DNA from: an uncultured virus (IMG/VR IMGVR_UViG_3300025936_000003)
Taxonomy: Duplodnaviria; Heunggongvirae; Uroviricota; Caudoviricetes
DNA length: 20,000 nucleotides
Strand: one strand, 5' to 3'
Virus record (IMG/VR): IMGVR_UViG_3300025936_000003
In this document: in pieces, positions 16,488-20,000 of the stretch
Numbering within the stretch: the first letter of the stretch is position 1
Layout: every line of letters begins with the position of its first letter
The notes under the pieces: model-generated
The model's input: the letters and a program-made list of their open reading frames with translations, nothing else
Databases searched by the model: none
Told to the model about the DNA's origin: nothing
Translations under genes and position numbers: made by a program

Positions 16488-16493
16488 GCAAAA

Positions 16494-17600
16494 TCATTTG
16501 ATGGCGAAGAAAGCTGAGAAGGTTGAACCATTCGGAGGGTCCGACTGAACATCCACGAAGCCATCATATTTGGTGGCGATCGTCCTCACCGTCGATAGTC
16601 CAATACCTGATCCCTTACCAACAGGCTTGGTGCTGAAGAAGGTCTCAAACATCTTCCCCATCACTTCAGGGGGCACCCCGCTGCCGTCATCCCTAACAGA
16701 AATCTTGACGAACTTGCCTGTGTATAAAAAACCACCCACGTTAGGTTTGTAATCTCGGATGTCAACATCTTCAGCTCTCACCTCAAGATGAGTGGCCCCG
16801 GCATCCTTTGAGTTGATACAGAAATTCAGAATGACTTGACGGATGACAGTTGGGTCAATCGCAATCACCGCTTCTGTCGTGACCTTAGAAGTGATCGTGG
16901 CTGTGGGGATGATACCAGGAAGGAATTGAATAAATTCTAAAACGACCTGGCGCATTGAAACATTCTCTTTGTGCCCGTTCCTCCCGGACACGAAAAGCAT
17001 CATCCTGTCAATCATCGCGACGATCCTATCGGCCGATCGCTGAGCCCCCTTGAGGAGTCCCATCTGGGCCTCAGGAACGTATCTCTCAAAAAGGTGGAGA
17101 ATCCCCATGATAGGAGTGAGCATGTTTCGCATGTCATGGGCAAGACCTGAAGCCACTTCTCCTACCGCTGCCTGGCGCTGAGCCTCCAGAGCGATGCTCT
17201 GAGCTTCCAGAGCCTCTCTCTGCGATTGCTGCAAGTTTCTCAATCTCTCTCGATCACGAATAGCCCGGCGGATTGCCCAGCGCAGACGGTGAGGACGATC
17301 CTTCAGCATCACGTCATCAATGTCCTGTGCCTCCAAAGGCGGAATCATATCATCGGTGATGGTTCCTGAAAAGATCAGGACAGGGATTTCGGGCCACTTC
17401 TTGCGTGCTTCGACGGCAGCGGCAATCCCACTCCAACCTGGAATGGCATAGTCCAAGACAAGAATATCGAAAGGTCCCTTATCCAGTGCCTCACTGAATT
17501 CCGTCTTATTCTTAGCCACAACCAATTCAGCCCCCTCAGGCATAAAGCGCCCAGTGAGAACGACATCAAAGTCGGCATCCTCCAGCAATAGTATTCTCAT
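16494..17600 (-). CDS. Hybrid histidine kinase (receiver-HisKA-HATPase), no sensor domain
   Basis: Receiver: RILLLED, LVLDYAIPG (phospho-Asp), IFSG, LKD. H-box LAHDMRNMLTPI, N-box QVILNFCINSKDA, G1 DDGSG, F/G2 FETFFSTKPVGKGSGIGL, and GSTF. Confidence 0.95.
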   Translation of the reverse strand: MRILLLEDADFDVVLTGRFMPEGAELVVAKNKTEFSEALDKGPFDILVLDYAIPGWSGIAAAVEARKKWPEIPVLIFSGTITDDMIPPLEAQDIDDVMLKDRPHRLRWAIRRAIRDRERLRNLQQSQREALEAQSIALEAQRQAAVGEVASGLAHDMRNMLTPIMGILHLFERYVPEAQMGLLKGAQRSADRIVAMIDRMMLFVSGRNGHKENVSMRQVVLEFIQFLPGIIPTATITSKVTTEAVIAIDPTVIRQVILNFCINSKDAGATHLEVRAEDVDIRDYKPNVGGFLYTGKFVKISVRDDGSGVPPEVMGKMFETFFSTKPVGKGSGIGLSTVRTIATKYDGFVDVQSDPPNGSTFSAFFAIK

Positions 17601-17929
17601 TTTAAGTGCCCCTCTGGATCTACCTGAGATTTCCTCAGCAGATCTGTTGCATCCCTATCCCGCTTCCCCTCCCTCCATGTATTGAATGCTTTGCTCCTAA
17701 ATCCACCTAATGCTGTGAGTGCCGCAACACCACAATCACAAATGATCAGAATGGACCAGCTGGCAAAGGTGGTATCTCCTGCCTTCACCAGAGCGAGGGC
17801 TCCCACCTTCAAACAGATTAAGGTGGGACACAGAACTGAGATTGCCCCATCAATGACCATAGGAGTCAGATGAGGCAGCTCCCTACGAATGATTTCTGTT
17901 ACATGGCCCATAAGAAAAGGTTCTGTCAC
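17597..17929 (-). CDS. Small two-TM membrane protein, holin-like (110 aa)
   Basis: Two hydrophobic segments and a charged C-tail. GTG start with an AGAGGG SD; alternative ATG at 17911. Its stop overlaps the kinase ATG (ATGA). Confidence 0.55.
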   Translation of the reverse strand: MTEPFLMGHVTEIIRRELPHLTPMVIDGAISVLCPTLICLKVGALALVKAGDTTFASWSILIICDCGVAALTALGGFRSKAFNTWREGKRDRDATDLLRKSQVDPEGHLK

Positions 17930-18033
17930 CGTTACCCTCTACAGGAGGGAACTGACAACGGGAAACGATACTCTAGGAAAACTGAACGTGAAAACCAGAG
18001 TACCAAAACCATTAGTCCAGTCCGGTGACAGAA
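17921..18033 (-). ncRNA. Putative cis-regulatory three-way-junction RNA occluding the SD and start codon
   Basis: Perfect 11-bp inverted repeat (17921-17931 / 18023-18033) encloses a long G-U-rich hairpin and a CCCUC/GAGGG hairpin. Confidence 0.65.
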
Positions 18034-18038
18034 GTTGT

Positions 18039-18221
18039 TCACAACGGATCTCGAGGTTGAGCTTCAGGCTTCGAGAAGACCTCCTTCTCGTGTGCTTGGT
18101 AGGCTGCTTCACCTTCCGGAGTCAGTTCTCCGTTCTTCCTCAGGGTGTCCACCCACGATGGGGCGTTGCGGAGGATCCAACGGGCCGTTTCCAGCAGTGC
18201 GAGTAATTCAGCTTCTTTCAT
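18039..18221 (-). CDS. Small hypothetical protein (60 aa)
   Basis: ATGA overlap with the lipoprotein gene; amphipathic helical sequence. Confidence 0.7.
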   Translation of the reverse strand: MKEAELLALLETARWILRNAPSWVDTLRKNGELTPEGEAAYQAHEKEVFSKPEAQPRDPL

Positions 18222-18676
18222 GGTACCTTCGCTTTCCTTGTGGCTTCTGCCAGGTGTTTAGATGCGGATAGCAAAGCATCGTCTACGAGTTTCAGCGCCG
18301 CCTTCAACTTATCCCCGTTGGTGGCACTCCTTTCCTTTTGGTAGTCGGCGATGGCCGCCGACAACTCATCCAACCACTTCGGCCCGTTCCTGCGAACCTC
18401 CTCAGCCGCTTTGTGGATACCAGGACTGAGTGCTTTGAGGGTCTCTTCGTTGTGAGCCTCAATCGTCATCAGTCCGTCGAATACATCCAGCGCGATCTTG
18501 CGGGTGTTCTGCGCGGTGACTACGAGCACGTCGGCCATCTCATTCGTGTTGTAGACCCCTGTGGAGGGGTTGTATTGACCCTTTCCAGCAAGACACCCGC
18601 TGTTACATCCAGCGATTGTCAACGCCATGACTACGATCACGAGACCTCCCATGATCCGTTGTTTGATTTGTTTCAT
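18218..18676 (-). CDS. Helical lipoprotein (152 aa), possibly lysis/spanin-associated
   Basis: GAAAGG SD; basic n-region, hydrophobic h-region and lipobox TIAG-C; mostly helical mature part. Confidence 0.75.
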   Translation of the reverse strand: MKQIKQRIMGGLVIVVMALTIAGCNSGCLAGKGQYNPSTGVYNTNEMADVLVVTAQNTRKIALDVFDGLMTIEAHNEETLKALSPGIHKAAEEVRRNGPKWLDELSAAIADYQKERSATNGDKLKAALKLVDDALLSASKHLAEATRKAKVP

Positions 18677-18752
18677 TTCAGCCTTTCTGTTGATGGTTGA
18701 CTCAACACGGATCTAACCTAACGGAACTTCCAAGAGATAGCTAGAAGAAAAA

Positions 18753-19826
18753 TCAAAAGCAAGGATACTTTGAATTAAGCTCATCTACCACAACCGCCAC
18801 TTCGCTATTAGAAAGGGCATAATTGTAGACTCGAATGGCTCCAATCAGACAATTACAAAATTCGTATCCGTGTCCAATCTGAGCGAGGGAGGGCCAAGGG
18901 CCACCTACACCTCCTGGACCTATGGTGTAACCATCCAAGGTGTAGAGAGCCGGGGTGGATCCGTTCTTTGACCACGCATAAGAGGCGTCTCCAAAGCGGT
19001 GCATGTGAATCGCCTTCTCAGGAGCGAAATAGAAGCCGGCACCATAGCGGCTAAGAATGACGGTATTGGTGGCGTCCGTTGCTACGAGATTGGGTGCCCA
19101 GTGAGAGGGATTGCCCACTCCGTCTACGAACAAGAACCCCGCTTTGCCCGATGCGCGCCAGGACAGCGGGCAGCTGAATTCTGCCCAGGTAATCAGCTTC
19201 CAAGCAATGAACATCGTCCAACTGGTGAGACTGGCAGGATTGAAAGATAAGAAATCATCCACCCCATCAAACTGAACTCCCGGTGCGACTCCGAAGGATC
19301 CCTCTTTGTAGAGAGGCTTCGCATCATCAATGGTTTGGATAGCCGAACGGGAGAACTGACTCGTATCAGGCCAAACCACAACCTGATCGTCATCGGCGAG
19401 ACCTGTGATCTCCAAAGCCTCCCAATTGACGACGACACCGGGCAGGAAGCCCGGCACCCTTTCAATCAGTTCAAGAATCGATTTGACGTAGTAGTGACCT
19501 CCGTCATACTCGCGTTGATACCCTCCCTGGAATCTCACTGACCATTCTGTGAGACTCGAAGTCTCAGGAAATCTCAATTCGATCTTGAACTGTGCTGTGC
19601 CGTTGCCGAGGTCGTCAGAGAAGAAGGCGTCGAAGATTTGTATCTGATCGCCCGTAAAGCACCAGGTTACTGATAGTGTAGAGTAGGAGCGATCAAAGCG
19701 AGATCGGCGCGAGATCGCAGCACTCTCGGTGGGACTCGTGATGGTTGCATTGCGAGGGTTGCCCGAGAACTCGATTTTCGGCAATGGCAGGCTTGTCGGC
19801 CAGGTGTTGTCAACTTGAAGGATCAT
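18753..19826 (-). CDS. gpM/distal-tail-like protein fused to a LamG-like lectin domain
   Basis: N-terminal WPTSLPLP...RRSRF...VTW.F..DQ...F..FF...L.NG...F directly after the tape measure gene (ATGA). C-terminal W.A..I.G..D...V..W.D, FDGVDDFL and IG.IRVYN.ALS..EV motifs. Confidence 0.8.
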   Translation of the reverse strand: MILQVDNTWPTSLPLPKIEFSGNPRNATITSPTESAAISRRSRFDRSYSTLSVTWCFTGDQIQIFDAFFSDDLGNGTAQFKIELRFPETSSLTEWSVRFQGGYQREYDGGHYYVKSILELIERVPGFLPGVVVNWEALEITGLADDDQVVVWPDTSQFSRSAIQTIDDAKPLYKEGSFGVAPGVQFDGVDDFLSFNPASLTSWTMFIAWKLITWAEFSCPLSWRASGKAGFLFVDGVGNPSHWAPNLVATDATNTVILSRYGAGFYFAPEKAIHMHRFGDASYAWSKNGSTPALYTLDGYTIGPGGVGGPWPSLAQIGHGYEFCNCLIGAIRVYNYALSNSEVAVVVDELNSKYPCF

Positions 19827-20000
19827 TGGCCTCTCTTCAGCCTGTAGCTGGATTCCATAGAGCGTGTCACATCACCCCTTCCATCTCGTATCTCAGAACT
19901 GATCTCACCTTTAACGCGACGGAGGATAACCTCAACGATCCTCTCATCTCCTTCGTTTCGTTCCCTCACTTCAGGACGAACGTCCGTGTAGTTATTGATG
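19823..20000 (-). CDS. Tail tape measure protein, C-terminal end (5' truncated)
   Basis: Open frame INNYTDVRPEVRERNEGDERIVEVILRRVKGEISSEIRDGRGDVTRSMESSYRLKRGQ*, a lambda-like TMP C-terminal pattern. Its stop overlaps the gpM-like ATG. Confidence 0.75.
   Translation of the reverse strand, partial: INNYTDVRPEVRERNEGDERIVEVILRRVKGEISSEIRDGRGDVTRSMESSYRLKRGQ

Noticed and set aside
17921..18033. Hammerhead ribozyme, tRNA or MITE explanation for the structured element
   Set aside because: No CUGANGA/GAAA core in the right geometry, no cloverleaf or T-loop, and no target-site duplication evident; the G-U pattern favours an mRNA structure.
17932..18042. 36-codon ORF (GTG 18042, MNNFCHRTGLMVLVLWFSRSVFLEYRFPLSVPSCRG) across the RNA element
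   Set aside because: It has a GTGA overlap but no recognisable features, and the sequence is explained by base pairing. It cannot be excluded as a leader peptide whose translation opens the structure.
1..20000. Stop-codon reassignment / alternative genetic code
   Set aside because: Genes tile densely under the standard code, and TGA, TAA and TAG all terminate genes at sensible overlaps.

Overview
This 20-kb window is from a tailed dsDNA phage and holds two densely packed, convergent gene blocks that meet at 7936-7939. The + strand (1-7939) is a replication, recombination and DNA-modification module. It encodes a UvsY-like mediator, a gp32-like SSB with a ~195-aa Asp/Lys repeat tail, a RecA/UvsX recombinase, a 5'-3' exonuclease, an Hjc-like resolvase, queF and queC (7-deazaguanine pathway), the C-terminal half of an SbcC/Rad50 ATPase and an HNH endonuclease. 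The - strand (7936-20000) is a lambda-like tail module: tape-measure C-terminus, gpM/Dit-like gene, DUF1833/gpL-like, NlpC/P60 gpK-like and a gpI+gpJ-like tail tip. About 6.7 kb of extra genes interrupt it. These include a lipoprotein, a holin-like membrane gene, an intact receiver-HisKA-HATPase hybrid histidine kinase, a second gpM paralog and several signal-peptide-bearing fibre/lectin/FN3 proteins. There are three main observations. (1) A ~113-nt, strand-specific three-way-junction RNA buries the SD and start codon of the membrane-gene/histidine-kinase pair. (2) The phage carries a sensor-less hybrid kinase inside its late module. (3) A 49-aa twin-arginine lipopeptide repeats the Trp-rich C-terminal motif of the adjacent tail tip protein. 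All family calls come from motif recognition by eye; no database searches were run.
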